Shown: positions 54,401-62,062 of the stretch, piece by piece | Layout: every line of letters begins with the position of its first letter | Numbering within the stretch: position 1 is the first letter of the stretch | Assembly (NCBI GenBank): GCA_963664815.2 | Contig: CAXXHB010000002.1 | Coordinates: 416,001 to 480,000, forward strand | Source of the DNA: Spirochaetota bacterium | GTDB lineage: Bacteria > Spirochaetota > UBA4802 > UBA5550 | Length of the DNA: 64,000 nucleotides | Reading direction: 5' to 3' | Notes under the pieces: model-generated | Told to the model about the DNA's origin: nothing | Seen by the model: only the letters and a program-made list of their open reading frames with translations | The model's database searches: none | Translations under genes and position numbers: made by a program

Positions 54401-55014
54401 AAGATTCAGATGTAATAAAAGCAAAACTTGAAGAATATAATGTGGATTTAGAAAAGAATGGAATTGAAGATGTAAGATCATTGAAGGGATTCAGCATTAT
54501 AAGTGAAGATGGAAATTTAATCAATGTTTTATCTTCGGGAGAATTGATTATTAAACCATTACAGGCTTTTGAAAATAGACCGGAATTGGCTTATCCTCTT
54601 GAAATGGGAGGTGATACAGAAAATACAACTTATAGTAAGAAAATAATATCATCTTCTAAAAATGGATATATAGATTTAAATATTTCTGGTGGATATATCG
54701 GAGGTATAACTGGTGGTTTAATTTTAAGTAATAATGGTAATCTATATCCATATTTAGGCGTAGGTTTGGTAACACCCGGTATTAGTGGTGCTTTAACTAT
54801 TTCAACCTCAGAAGCAAGTAGCGGATTTAATGTTGGTTTGCAAGCACAGAATGTTGTAGCTGGTCAAATCGGTTATAGTTTCCAAAATAATGGAAGTTCA
54901 TTTGGAGAACTTGGATTTGGAGCACCTGCTGGGGTTTCTGTAACTGGATATTATATATTTAATCCTATTACTAACATTTTAAATAAACCATCTGTTAATT
55001 ATGGTAAAAAATAA
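48493..55014 (+). CDS. Filamentous haemagglutinin / CdiA-like polymorphic toxin (TpsA) with a Gly-rich C-terminal toxin domain
   Basis: TPS domain (GVSHN, NPNY, INEVTG, NPNGI..NG..FIN), haemagglutinin repeats, LGDAFYEQ...PIIWYV...VLVPKIY segment, variable C-terminus followed by a small immunity gene; start may be 48517. Confidence 0.9.
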   Translation: MLPGKISVMKRLKEILKQLLVLLLAGEMCTFALPPLYAADITVDTSAANKPTLDTAQNGVTVVNLATANSNGVSHNMFQNYNVGTGGVILNNSVNMGVSVLGGAMYGNPNYQSSGVAASLVINEVTGTGRSSLLGATEMFGKSAEFVLVNPNGIMCNGASFINMPRVTLATGRAVFDSDVFKGIDISGGSLIVEGKGIDAGQVNYFEIVSRVASLNGGIWGKDVSINTGTGFYNYNDKTFTQKDTGEPKPEIGIDASALGSIYAGRITVVSNEKGVGVKSDGDMVADVSDIKISADGNIELKNAQSAKNVTVTSISGDIKQNGNTFAMENAGYSAKNITNRGSIKALKDISLAGLIDNNGGKIASSGNIDIAATGTLDNNGGSITTAGENGTISIHGNGSLDILGGEIKSAGNIGIDMTGNVTLNSGISSIYAEKHLGISSADFTNNINLSMNGAIGINASGNIVNSSGSSIVSKQGVSISSGGNIVNSGIISSASDMAINGKNISNYKEISSGNDLAIHADTILNSGALIFSGNKMTIETGSLKNTRNGLNESYIYSMGDMTITGTAPTGNSIYNYSSNIESEKNMSINLGADGRLENTGEDTYGYTTTLVHVGDYGDECWAVMDQYVLSQSLMHTDYSTIKAGGNLDITSGEVKNHGSVISAGADITINAATLINETNNRNEYVAQLNYMGHKHHWTETICGWGWTEYDEGDDYSEVWEAGYINVVSNDKAIISAGGKVTLTGGAVNNGFVEENKPGVVLSGNTVDKAYEAIANNGAIDLSQNININNDGNALFTVNSAPGSTYLIETRNEFIDVEKLKGSQYLLTRIGFNPEKDVKFLGDAFYEQKLVTESILKATSNRYLDESIKSDQEQMTWLLDNAASAYRDLELAVGVELSKDQINRLQQPIIWYVEDEVMGQKVLVPKIYIPEHIIEGFSKNSSSTIAGNSVNINADGNVGNAGRIEGKSSVEITANGNITNSGGTIKSGGSLTLTAVNGNIINETEVSTAVYNPDYVNTTVGAAASIEAGGKLTVNAGGNFTNRGAEVKSGGDAVIEAGGNINFETIKINNTVYKEADDTSGISTTSESAGSTLASGGNLVLTSGRDINFVGSKADITGNAEITTAGNFNLLNDYDTSSYHGTKKENKTFSSETTTVDMSTKTVVSSGFTTGGNLKVKSGNDINIVGSDIKSGGDAELDAEGTERIIAVHDESYYSRTTEKTGFATGGALYGSEKKSDMVSDKTVSGSAIDIAGQYASKSGKDTDITGSTLNIGGEADITTGGSLNVRAAYNEHAEEHKTEKSGVLTTDGDLYAKSIDAAGNGATTAAGSAITAGKLKASTGGDFLMEGSAINAGIAEFDTTGSFTETSAKETSYEYSIHEKTTMGINMDLFTNPKNAFDYDQGRASVTLAGGSYDSVKERTDRETQSSSKLNVSEDLTVNSGKNITVAGSEINTGGDVTLTAAENVSIKTTEEKTSHTAEETHGSVEFSFGGKNAATDVAYATKALVEAKEAVVKAKNDYEKYRESLKKAEDDHKNNLIDQDDLDSIREQEAFYIANIALCGENVVAKTAALLQSAAGAAGSAEAFGFSGDAQFEIDATKTKSTSESTTAKASTIKTGGSFTVTAGSKAEVKGSSVAAGEDITLDAENVEISAAENRESSSEDKKHANMKVSFGTSGAIGVNASADSTETDSESKTYTNAHLSGNNIKIKSSEDTTVIGGVVKAKNELDLDVNGSLVVQSLQDKSKNSSQTIGASGGVSVTGENVSGNAGVNANFSTGKKSWVTEQTSLTGGTVNVDVEDKTTLRGAVIASTTNNLTLTTGSLEFSNIKDKDVSFNAGGSAGGSFKPTENTYSSSLNYGYTDNRQTNLATIGAGTITITKPETSAEGLNRDVTISQYNTYSGGLKGGVTVDTATVELIKDREKTLYNTVDALESGLTEAEKTAKKVDKEIETTIEKTENLIDVGEFGLNKDSDVIKAKLEEYNVDLEKNGIEDVRSLKGFSIISEDGNLINVLSSGELIIKPLQAFENRPELAYPLEMGGDTENTTYSKKIISSSKNGYIDLNISGGYIGGITGGLILSNNGNLYPYLGVGLVTPGISGALTISTSEASSGFNVGLQAQNVVAGQIGYSFQNNGSSFGELGFGAPAGVSVTGYYIFNPITNILNKPSVNYGKK
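54185..54372 (+). repeat. Homology block A, copy 1 (188 bp, in the main toxin gene)
   Basis: Near-identical to 57100..57287. Confidence 0.95.
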
Positions 55015-55236
55015 ATGGTTACGAATAATCTATCCTTTATATTAGCATTAATATTTTTTATAATTGTACTTATCTTTAATAAAAAAATAGCAAAAAAAAT
55101 AATATTAGATCAGAATAAAAAAATGGGTTTTAACTTTAGTGAAAGAGAAATAAAAATTACTGAAAAACTTTTAGTAATTATTAGTTTTCTATTTTTAATT
55201 TTTACACTGACAATAAAATTAGGTTTTATTAGATGA
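55015..55236 (+). CDS. Putative immunity protein (2-TM membrane protein)
   Basis: Starts immediately after the toxin stop; two hydrophobic helices; very AT-rich. Confidence 0.7.
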   Translation: MVTNNLSFILALIFFIIVLIFNKKIAKKIILDQNKKMGFNFSEREIKITEKLLVIISFLFLIFTLTIKLGFIR

Positions 55237-55248
55237 ATTAATAAAATT

Positions 55249-55571
55249 AAATGTATCATCATACCAGACAATGGATGAGTACGCGAAGAAGGTAGAAAAC
55301 GGGGAACCGGTAAGTGCACAGGAGAAGCTTGATTATTATGAGTTAAAAAAAGCTGTCGGAGAAAAACTGAGTCCTGAAGAGCAGCAGGATGAGAATAAAG
55401 CGATTCAGACAAGAACCAAAGAAGTAGCAAATGATCTGAAGCAGGATATTCTTGATACATATACAAAAGATACTGCGGTTGTAATAAATGCCAAGATAGC
55501 GTTGCTTAAAGAAATTGATCCTGAAGCGGCACATGCAATTGAGGTTAAGTTTGCTAAGGAGAGGGCGGCGA
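55249..55571 (+). repeat. Homology block B, copy 1
   Basis: 70-bp identical stretch 55249..55318 = 57317..57386, plus a near-identical stretch ~55444..55571 matching ~57512..57639. Confidence 0.9.
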
Positions 55572-56383
55572 ATGAGAAAACAAAAGAGGCTAAGTATCTT
55601 GCCGACTTTAAAGAACTGGACAGATCGAAGACTAATGAATATTTAGAAGGACAAAAAGGTAAGGATTTATCGTATTACGCAGGTGAATTTGGTGAAGGAC
55701 TTTTATCTTCATTACCGACTAAGGATGAAATAAAAGAATCATTAAAAACAGGTGGATTATACCTGATAAATCCTGCACTGGGAAGTGCTTATGAATTTAA
55801 TAAAAGAGTTGAGACTGTAACAGGTTTAGCAGATAATATAAGTGAACAGGGTGCAGGAAACTATTTAGGCAATGTAGCAGAAAATGTAAAAGAGAAGGTA
55901 ACCGAACACCCTGCTGAGGTGGCTGGTTTCATTGCAGGTGAATTGATTGAGAATGCTTTAATAAATAAAGGATTATCAGTTTCCGGTATTACAAGTGCTG
56001 AGAATGTTTTGGGTGTAACAGGGAAAGCGGATGATGTTTCAAAAAAATATTATAGATATATTGACGAAGGTGAAGCTAACGTTATTAGAAATACTGGTGA
56101 AATCCCGAATACTAATAAATATGGTGATCCCAAAGATATATTTATAACTGATCGTCGTTATGAAACTGCTGGTGGTGCAAAAACTTATAATCAATTACCC
56201 TTAAAACCTGAATACAGAATAGAAATAGACCCTGAAAATGTACCTAATAGAACACCTTTTACAAAGATAGAGCCAAATCATCATCCTGAATGGGGAAAAG
56301 GTAGGGGTGTTGAAGCAATAACAAAAGATCCGATACCAGTCAACCCTGATGATTTGGTTAAATTGAAAGGGACAGGAAAATGA
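55271..56383 (+). CDS. Orphan toxin cassette 1 (C-terminal toxin, possibly ADP-ribosyltransferase-like)
   Basis: N-terminus shared with cassette 2; C-terminal YYRYI...IFIT...WGKGRGVE domain; overlaps the downstream gene (ATGA). Confidence 0.7.
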   Translation: MDEYAKKVENGEPVSAQEKLDYYELKKAVGEKLSPEEQQDENKAIQTRTKEVANDLKQDILDTYTKDTAVVINAKIALLKEIDPEAAHAIEVKFAKERAANEKTKEAKYLADFKELDRSKTNEYLEGQKGKDLSYYAGEFGEGLLSSLPTKDEIKESLKTGGLYLINPALGSAYEFNKRVETVTGLADNISEQGAGNYLGNVAENVKEKVTEHPAEVAGFIAGELIENALINKGLSVSGITSAENVLGVTGKADDVSKKYYRYIDEGEANVIRNTGEIPNTNKYGDPKDIFITDRRYETAGGAKTYNQLPLKPEYRIEIDPENVPNRTPFTKIEPNHHPEWGKGRGVEAITKDPIPVNPDDLVKLKGTGK

Positions 56384-56808
56384 ATAAAAGTTGGCCTGAA
56401 GAAATGCTTTTCGAATATTATAAAAATAAAGAAACGATAAATAATCTATTAGTTCATGTTATTTTATTATCAGAATTAAAAAATGATTTTTCTCTTGGTC
56501 ATTTTTTGACTGATAAAAATGGAAGAATCAAAATAACAAAAGATTTTATGATGAATGAAATAAAAAGAAATGAGTTAGAATTCCCAATGGACTATAAAGG
56601 AACTTTAGAAAATTGCTATGGAATTAAAATAATTATAGAAAATATTGATGATTTGAATGATAGGAAAATTAGAATAGAAAAATATTATCCTAATGATGCA
56701 AAAAAATTTGAAGAATTAATTCTGAAATGTTCAAATGCTAATTATTTAACAAAAGAATTTATTTATAAGTTCCCTTTAGAAAAAAATGAGTTTAAAATAG
56801 AAATGTAA
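56380..56808 (+). CDS. Putative immunity protein for cassette 1
   Basis: 4-bp overlap with the toxin ORF; AT-rich soluble 142-aa protein. Confidence 0.7.
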   Translation: MNKSWPEEMLFEYYKNKETINNLLVHVILLSELKNDFSLGHFLTDKNGRIKITKDFMMNEIKRNELEFPMDYKGTLENCYGIKIIIENIDDLNDRKIRIEKYYPNDAKKFEELILKCSNANYLTKEFIYKFPLEKNEFKIEM

Positions 56809-56896
56809 TCTATCTTTAGCACGGCGATTATTGCTGAAGCTCTGGGATTCGAAGGTGAGAGTTTAAAAAACGTCACCAACAGTTCAACATGTCGCA

Positions 56897-57100
56897 ATAA
56901 TTGAGTAGCTTGACGTCGTCGCCAATGACTGTGTAAAGTTTATTTTAAAACAAGGCGACGATGTGCTAAAGCGAACATCTAGTGAAAATTTCGTGTTCTA
57001 TAATTCTGAACCAGCTAATTATTGATCTTTGAAAGTAATTTTTTTCTGTTATATACCGGAAAAAAAAGTTTTCGCAGGATTGTGCGCAGGCAGATGTTGA
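56897..57100 (+). repeat. Inter-cassette unit, copy 1 (degenerate hairpin plus 107-bp leader)
   Basis: Similar to 62063..62295; leader 56994..57100 aligns with 62189..62295. Confidence 0.85.
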
Positions 57101-58328
57101 TACATACAGCGGAGGACTTAAAGGCGGAGTTACGGTAGATACGGCAACAGTAGCACTGATAAAAGACAGGGAAAAGACTATATATGATACAGTGGGTGCA
57201 TTGGAAAGTGGATTAACTGAAGCAGAGAAAACAGCGAAGAAGGTAGATAAGGAAATTGAAACAACAATTGAGAAGACTGAGAACCTGTTAAAATTTGACC
57301 ACTATACAGAAAATAAAAATGTATCATCATACCAGACAATGGATGAGTACGCGAAGAAGGTAGAAAACGGGGAACCGGTAAGTGCATCAGAGACACTTGC
57401 ATATTACGGATCAAAAAACCTTGTCGGAGAAGCACTGAGCCCCGATGAGCAGATGGATATGCTGAATGCTTACAAAACTGTAAAGCAGGAGCTGTCAAAT
57501 AGTCTGTCAAAGGATATTCTTGATACATATACAAAAGATACTGCGGTTGTAATCAATGCCAAGATAGCGCTGCTTAAAGAGATTGACCCTGATGCGGCAC
57601 ATGCAATTAAAGTTAGGTTTGCGGAGGAAAGGGCGGCGATAGCTTATGCTAAGCAGCTGGCGGTAAATTCAGGTTTAAGAGATGCGGAGATACAGCAGGG
57701 AAATGAGATAGCAAATAATGTTGTCAATCTTTCGGGAACAGTTAATACAATGGGGATTGATAATACTGATTCCAATTCTCCTGATGCAAAACTATTACGT
57801 ATAGTTAAAGACAAATTAACTGAAAATTCGATTGAATCGATTGCAAATGCCGGAAATTCTGATAGTACGTTGAAGCAGGCATTCAATTTAGCTTTAGGTG
57901 TAGTGTTTAAGGAAGCAGCAGACAATATACCTGAACATATAAGTGTTGCTGACGTAGGGCTTTCTGAAGCTGCAGGAAATGTTTTTGGAAAGGTAGAAAA
58001 ACAAATTGTTAATGAAACGGAAGATGCTGCTAACCTTGTGGAAAGAAATCTTCCATTTAAAGATTCAGATCGCTTGACTGAAATTAATAAAACTCTTGAT
58101 AGAATTGAGCAAGGAGATAACTTTTGTTATAAAAAAGATGGAACTCTTTTTAGAAATGACAAAAAAAAATTACCAGCTGATGGTGATTATAGAGAATATA
58201 CAGTTAATACACCAGGCGCATCTAATAGAGGAACTCGTAGAATTTTAGTAGATCAAAATAGTGGTAATACATATTATACTGATGACCACTATGAAAATTT
58301 TATACAAATAAATCCAAAGAAAAAATAA
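57100..58328 (+). CDS. Orphan toxin cassette 2 with a C-terminal barnase/RNase Sa-family ribonuclease (no clear start; frame open through block A)
   Basis: Begins with a copy of the main toxin sequence (TYSGGLKGG...); C-terminal F.N....LP...YREYTV.TPG..NRG.RRI...YYTDDHY..F. Confidence 0.85.
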
Positions 58329-58330
58329 AA

Positions 58331-58738
58331 ATGATAAATAAATTAGAAAAATATTTGTATGACTGTATTCATTTTACAACTGATAATATAAATAATTATT
58401 TAAAAGAGAATTATAATAATTTTAATATTTTAATAATTGATAATAATTCTATAGAAAATGATAAAGATCTATTTAATTCAATTGCAAATGTAATGAAATT
58501 TCCTGATTATTTTGGGAAAAATTGGGATGCATTGGATGAATGCCTACGAGATCTTGACTGGCTTGAATTAAAAGAGGGATTGATATTAGTTATACTTAAT
58601 TCAAAAAAAATATGGCAAAGATGTCCGATGACAGCTGGTAAATTAATAGAAAGTTGGTTAACTGTTGTAGATTATTGGTCTAAAGAAAAAGTTCCATTTC
58701 ATTTATTTTTTTCTGAAATGGAAATTGATAAATTATAA
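58331..58738 (+). CDS. Barstar family immunity protein
   Basis: FPDYFGKNWDALDECLRDL motif, directly downstream of the RNase toxin. Confidence 0.92.
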   Translation: MINKLEKYLYDCIHFTTDNINNYLKENYNNFNILIIDNNSIENDKDLFNSIANVMKFPDYFGKNWDALDECLRDLDWLELKEGLILVILNSKKIWQRCPMTAGKLIESWLTVVDYWSKEKVPFHLFFSEMEIDKL

Positions 58739-59020
58739 TTCAACTAACGAATAACGAAACCATGGAATGTAAATCGATTTTATTTTAAGAATTATAAATT
58801 TCTGATAATGTAGACTTGTAGTTCCTTTCTACGTCACATATCGTGTAAATGAAAAAGTTCCTTGAAAACCAACAATATAAAAGCACACCGCGTGAGAGAT
58901 TGCAGCGATATAAAACGGCAATCAATAAATAGTTAAATGAAAACCCTATGTGCGTAAGCGTCAAATTAACCCCATCTTGAAAAAAGATCAATGATATATT
59001 ACAATACCCTTCATTAAAAA

Positions 59021-59347
59021 ATGGAGGAAGAGATGAGTAAAAGAATTGAATATCAGAAACGCGATATGTCAAGCATGGAGAAACATATAGCCGCCTGGGA
59101 ACAAAGCGGGATATCACAAGTTGAGTATTGCAGAGAGAATAAAATACCTCTGTCAACCTTCGGCAACTGGAAATCAAAAGTAAGTAAAAAATCTCAGAAA
59201 GAAATACCATTTATTGAACTGCAGGGGAATTTTTCATATCAGGATGAATATTTTGAATTACTGCTCGATGATGGCATGACTTTGAGAATCCGTGAAACCA
59301 TCCCTGTATCGCAATTACGAAATATCATTCTTGCCATACGGAGGTAG
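59021..59347 (+). CDS. tnpA: IS66 accessory protein TnpA
   Basis: W..SG.SQ.EYC..N.I..STF..W helix-turn-helix. Confidence 0.85.
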   Translation: MEEEMSKRIEYQKRDMSSMEKHIAAWEQSGISQVEYCRENKIPLSTFGNWKSKVSKKSQKEIPFIELQGNFSYQDEYFELLLDDGMTLRIRETIPVSQLRNIILAIRR

Positions 59348-59697
59348 TGATGCTCAGTTTGCAGAGAGAAACGAGAATATTTCTTCATCCCGGCAAAACA
59401 GATTTTCGGAAGTCAATCAATGGTTTATCCGTCTTTGTTCAGGAGCATATGAAGGAAGACCCTTTCAGCGGGAATTACTATGTGTTCTGCAACCGGACAA
59501 AAAATATGCTGAAGATATTATACTGGGACAGGAATGGTTTCTGCCTGTGGCATAAAAGGCTGGAGGAGGATAAATTCCGCTGGCCCCGGATAGCCGAAGA
59601 TGTCCATGAGATTACCCGCGAGGAATTCCGGTGGCTGTTACAGGGGCTTGACTTCTATAATGCTCATAAAATCCGCCGTTATGCAAGCGTGATATAA
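59347..59697 (+). CDS. tnpB: IS66 accessory protein TnpB
   Basis: DFRKSINGL, FCNR...KILYWDRNGF.LW.KRLE. Confidence 0.93.
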   Translation: MMLSLQRETRIFLHPGKTDFRKSINGLSVFVQEHMKEDPFSGNYYVFCNRTKNMLKILYWDRNGFCLWHKRLEEDKFRWPRIAEDVHEITREEFRWLLQGLDFYNAHKIRRYASVI

Positions 59698-59720
59698 AAA
59701 TTAATTGCAATCATGAGGGC

Positions 59721-61316
59721 ATGTTATATGATGTACTCATGATTGCAATGCCCGACAACCTTCCTGATGATGTAAACGAGCTCAAGAAAATTATTTCAAA
59801 CCTGGCAAATGAATACGAAAAAGAAATTCAATATCTTAAAGAGAAAAATAAATTTTTACTTCAAAAGTTATTCGGCCGTAAAAGCGAGAAGCTGACTCCC
59901 GATGATATTCTACAGGGCCGGTTGTTTGATGAATCAGAATTCAGCTCTGATGAGAATGAAAACGCAGAAGATGATTCACCTGAAAAGCTAACCGTTGTTT
60001 CATCTCATACACGCCGGAAGACAGGAAAGAAACCTCTTCCGGAATCACTCCCTCGTGTTGATGTTGTACATGATATCTCCGAAGAAGAAAAACAGTGTGC
60101 CTGCGGGTGCGAGATGAAACGCATTGGGGAAGAAGTTTCTGAAAAGCTTGATATGATTCCTGCGAAAATCCAGGTGCTTCGTCATATCCGATATAAATAT
60201 GCCTGTAAAAACTGTGAAGGGAGCGAAAGTGATGAAGCTCCGGTAAAGATTGCGCCATTGCCTCCGCAGATTATACCGCAGGGGATTGCAACACCAGGAC
60301 TTGCGGCATGGGTGCTGGTGAGTAAATTCTGCGATGCGCTTCCTTTTTACCGGCAGGAAAAGCTTTTTTCCCGGATTGGTGTTGATATTTCACGAGCGAC
60401 TTTTTGTAACTGGTCCATTATTACACATAGAGGCAGTGAACGGCTGCTCGAACTGATGTGGAGAGATATTCTTGCGTCTCGGCTTGTTGGCATGGATGAG
60501 ACGCCGGTGCAGGTTATGAAAGAGCCAGGCCGCAAAAATACAACAAAGTCATACATGTGGCTGTTCCGGGGTGGAGAAGAAACCCGACCAATTGTGATAT
60601 TCCGGTATGCTCCGACCCGGGGATCGGAATTCATAAACAGTGAATTTGCGGATTACGAAGGTGTCATCCAGACCGACGGCTATCAGGGATACAAAACTCT
60701 GGGTAAAAAAGAAAAAGTAACACATGCTGTATGCTGGGCACATGTCCGGAGAAAATTCATGGAAGCGATGAATGGCACCAGTCAGTCTTTTTCACATTCT
60801 ATAGTATCGATGATAAAAACGCTTTATGATGTAGAAAAAGAAATACGTGAGAATAAATATAACCATGAAGAGATCAGACAGGTGCGCAATGATAAATCAC
60901 GTCCAGTAGTGGAAAAGATAGAACAGCAATTGAAAAAGCATGTTCACAGTATTGCACCGGGAAGTCTTGCCGGTAAGGCAATCTCATACTCATTAAAGCT
61001 GTGGCCCCAGTTGTGTGTATATCTTGACAACCCTATTATTCCCATCGACAATAATCATGTTGAAAATGCAATCCGCCCTTTTGTGGTGGGACGAAAAAAC
61101 TGGCTTTTTTCCGGTAGCCCGCGCGGTGCCCATGCCAGTGCCGGATTATATAGCATAATAGAAACGGCAAAGGCAAATGGTCTTGAGCCATACTGGTATC
61201 TTAGATACCTGTTTGAAAAATTACCTGCCTGTACAAGTGATAATGAAATCCGGTCAATTATGCCGAATAGAATTGATCCTGAAGTTATCAGTAAACTCAG
61301 AGGTGGGGTTAATTAA
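59721..61316 (+). CDS. tnpC: IS66 DDE transposase TnpC
   Basis: FGRKSEK, zinc finger, LPFYRQ, DET, TDGY, CWAHVRRKF, DNN..EN.IRP...GRKNWLF. Confidence 0.95.
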   Translation: MLYDVLMIAMPDNLPDDVNELKKIISNLANEYEKEIQYLKEKNKFLLQKLFGRKSEKLTPDDILQGRLFDESEFSSDENENAEDDSPEKLTVVSSHTRRKTGKKPLPESLPRVDVVHDISEEEKQCACGCEMKRIGEEVSEKLDMIPAKIQVLRHIRYKYACKNCEGSESDEAPVKIAPLPPQIIPQGIATPGLAAWVLVSKFCDALPFYRQEKLFSRIGVDISRATFCNWSIITHRGSERLLELMWRDILASRLVGMDETPVQVMKEPGRKNTTKSYMWLFRGGEETRPIVIFRYAPTRGSEFINSEFADYEGVIQTDGYQGYKTLGKKEKVTHAVCWAHVRRKFMEAMNGTSQSFSHSIVSMIKTLYDVEKEIRENKYNHEEIRQVRNDKSRPVVEKIEQQLKKHVHSIAPGSLAGKAISYSLKLWPQLCVYLDNPIIPIDNNHVENAIRPFVVGRKNWLFSGSPRGAHASAGLYSIIETAKANGLEPYWYLRYLFEKLPACTSDNEIRSIMPNRIDPEVISKLRGGVN

Positions 61317-61399
61317 GCACATACCTATGTGCCAAGATAGTTGTCGCATGGAACATTGATTGGTAGTAAGAAAGAAGCTGCAAAAGTGGAGAACAAATT

Positions 61400-61996
61400 A
61401 TGAAATGGATTAAATTATTATATGCTATGTCGTTATCTCTTCTTTTGTTTTCAGGTTGTACATGTATTTACCCAGTTTTAGATTATGTTGACGAGAATAA
61501 TAAAAGTTATATTGAATTGTTTAATGAAGATGGTTGTAAAATTGAAATGAAATATTTGGGAACATATCCCACTTATCCTGATATTCACGGGAATCCTGTC
61601 ACTGAAGAAATAATTTCGCATGAACAAACATACATTTTTATTGATAGTTCCAATCGAAATGTAGATGGATATACAAGCAGCATTGAAAAATGTCATATTG
61701 AATTGAAAGATGAAGATAATAAAATTATATCTTTTAAAAGCATTGAATTAAAATCCTACTTAAAGAACTTTAATCATTATGATAAAGAAGAAAGTATATC
61801 AAAATTTAAACTAGATAGGGGTCTTTATGAAATTATATATTTATATAATGATACAAGTAATATAGAAAGTGCCAAATTTTATATCAAACTTCGTTTAATA
61901 ATTAAAGGCAAGATACATATAATAGAAAAATCAGCATTTTTGAAAAGAAAAGAGGGGAAAGTCTTTTTTACACCGTTTTGTAAAATAAAGTTTTGA
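61400..61996 (+). CDS. Lipoprotein, probable orphan immunity protein
   Basis: Lipobox FSGC; visible similarity to the ORF at 63491. Confidence 0.7.
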   Translation: MKWIKLLYAMSLSLLLFSGCTCIYPVLDYVDENNKSYIELFNEDGCKIEMKYLGTYPTYPDIHGNPVTEEIISHEQTYIFIDSSNRNVDGYTSSIEKCHIELKDEDNKIISFKSIELKSYLKNFNHYDKEESISKFKLDRGLYEIIYLYNDTSNIESAKFYIKLRLIIKGKIHIIEKSAFLKRKEGKVFFTPFCKIKF

Positions 61997-62062
61997 TTGA
62001 GGTGTCGTGTCTTCTCCATAGGTAGAAGTAAAAACACCACACAACCAAGTTCCGCATATAGC

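Larger units (their letters stand above)
58954..61324 (+). mobile_element. IS66 family insertion sequence (2371 bp)
   Basis: Imperfect terminal IRs GTAAGCGTCAAATTAACCCCATCT / GTATGTGCTTAATTAACCCCACCT (reverse complement); 8-bp TSD CTATGTGC at 58946..58953 and 61325..61332; tnpA-tnpB-tnpC order. Confidence 0.95.

Noticed and set aside
56821-56895. Short open stretch (TAIIAEALGFEGESLK...) after the cassette-1 immunity gene
   Set aside because: Too short to assign; no start codon and no match elsewhere in the window
58946-58962. IS66 left junction ATGTGCGTAAGCG resembles ATGTGCGTAGCG in the attC-like hairpin
   Set aside because: GTAAGCG is the normal IS66 terminus, and the reconstructed empty site does not rebuild the hairpin, so this is probably coincidence
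58785-59210. 141-aa minus-strand ORF
   Set aside because: Spans the IS66 boundary and is antisense to tnpA
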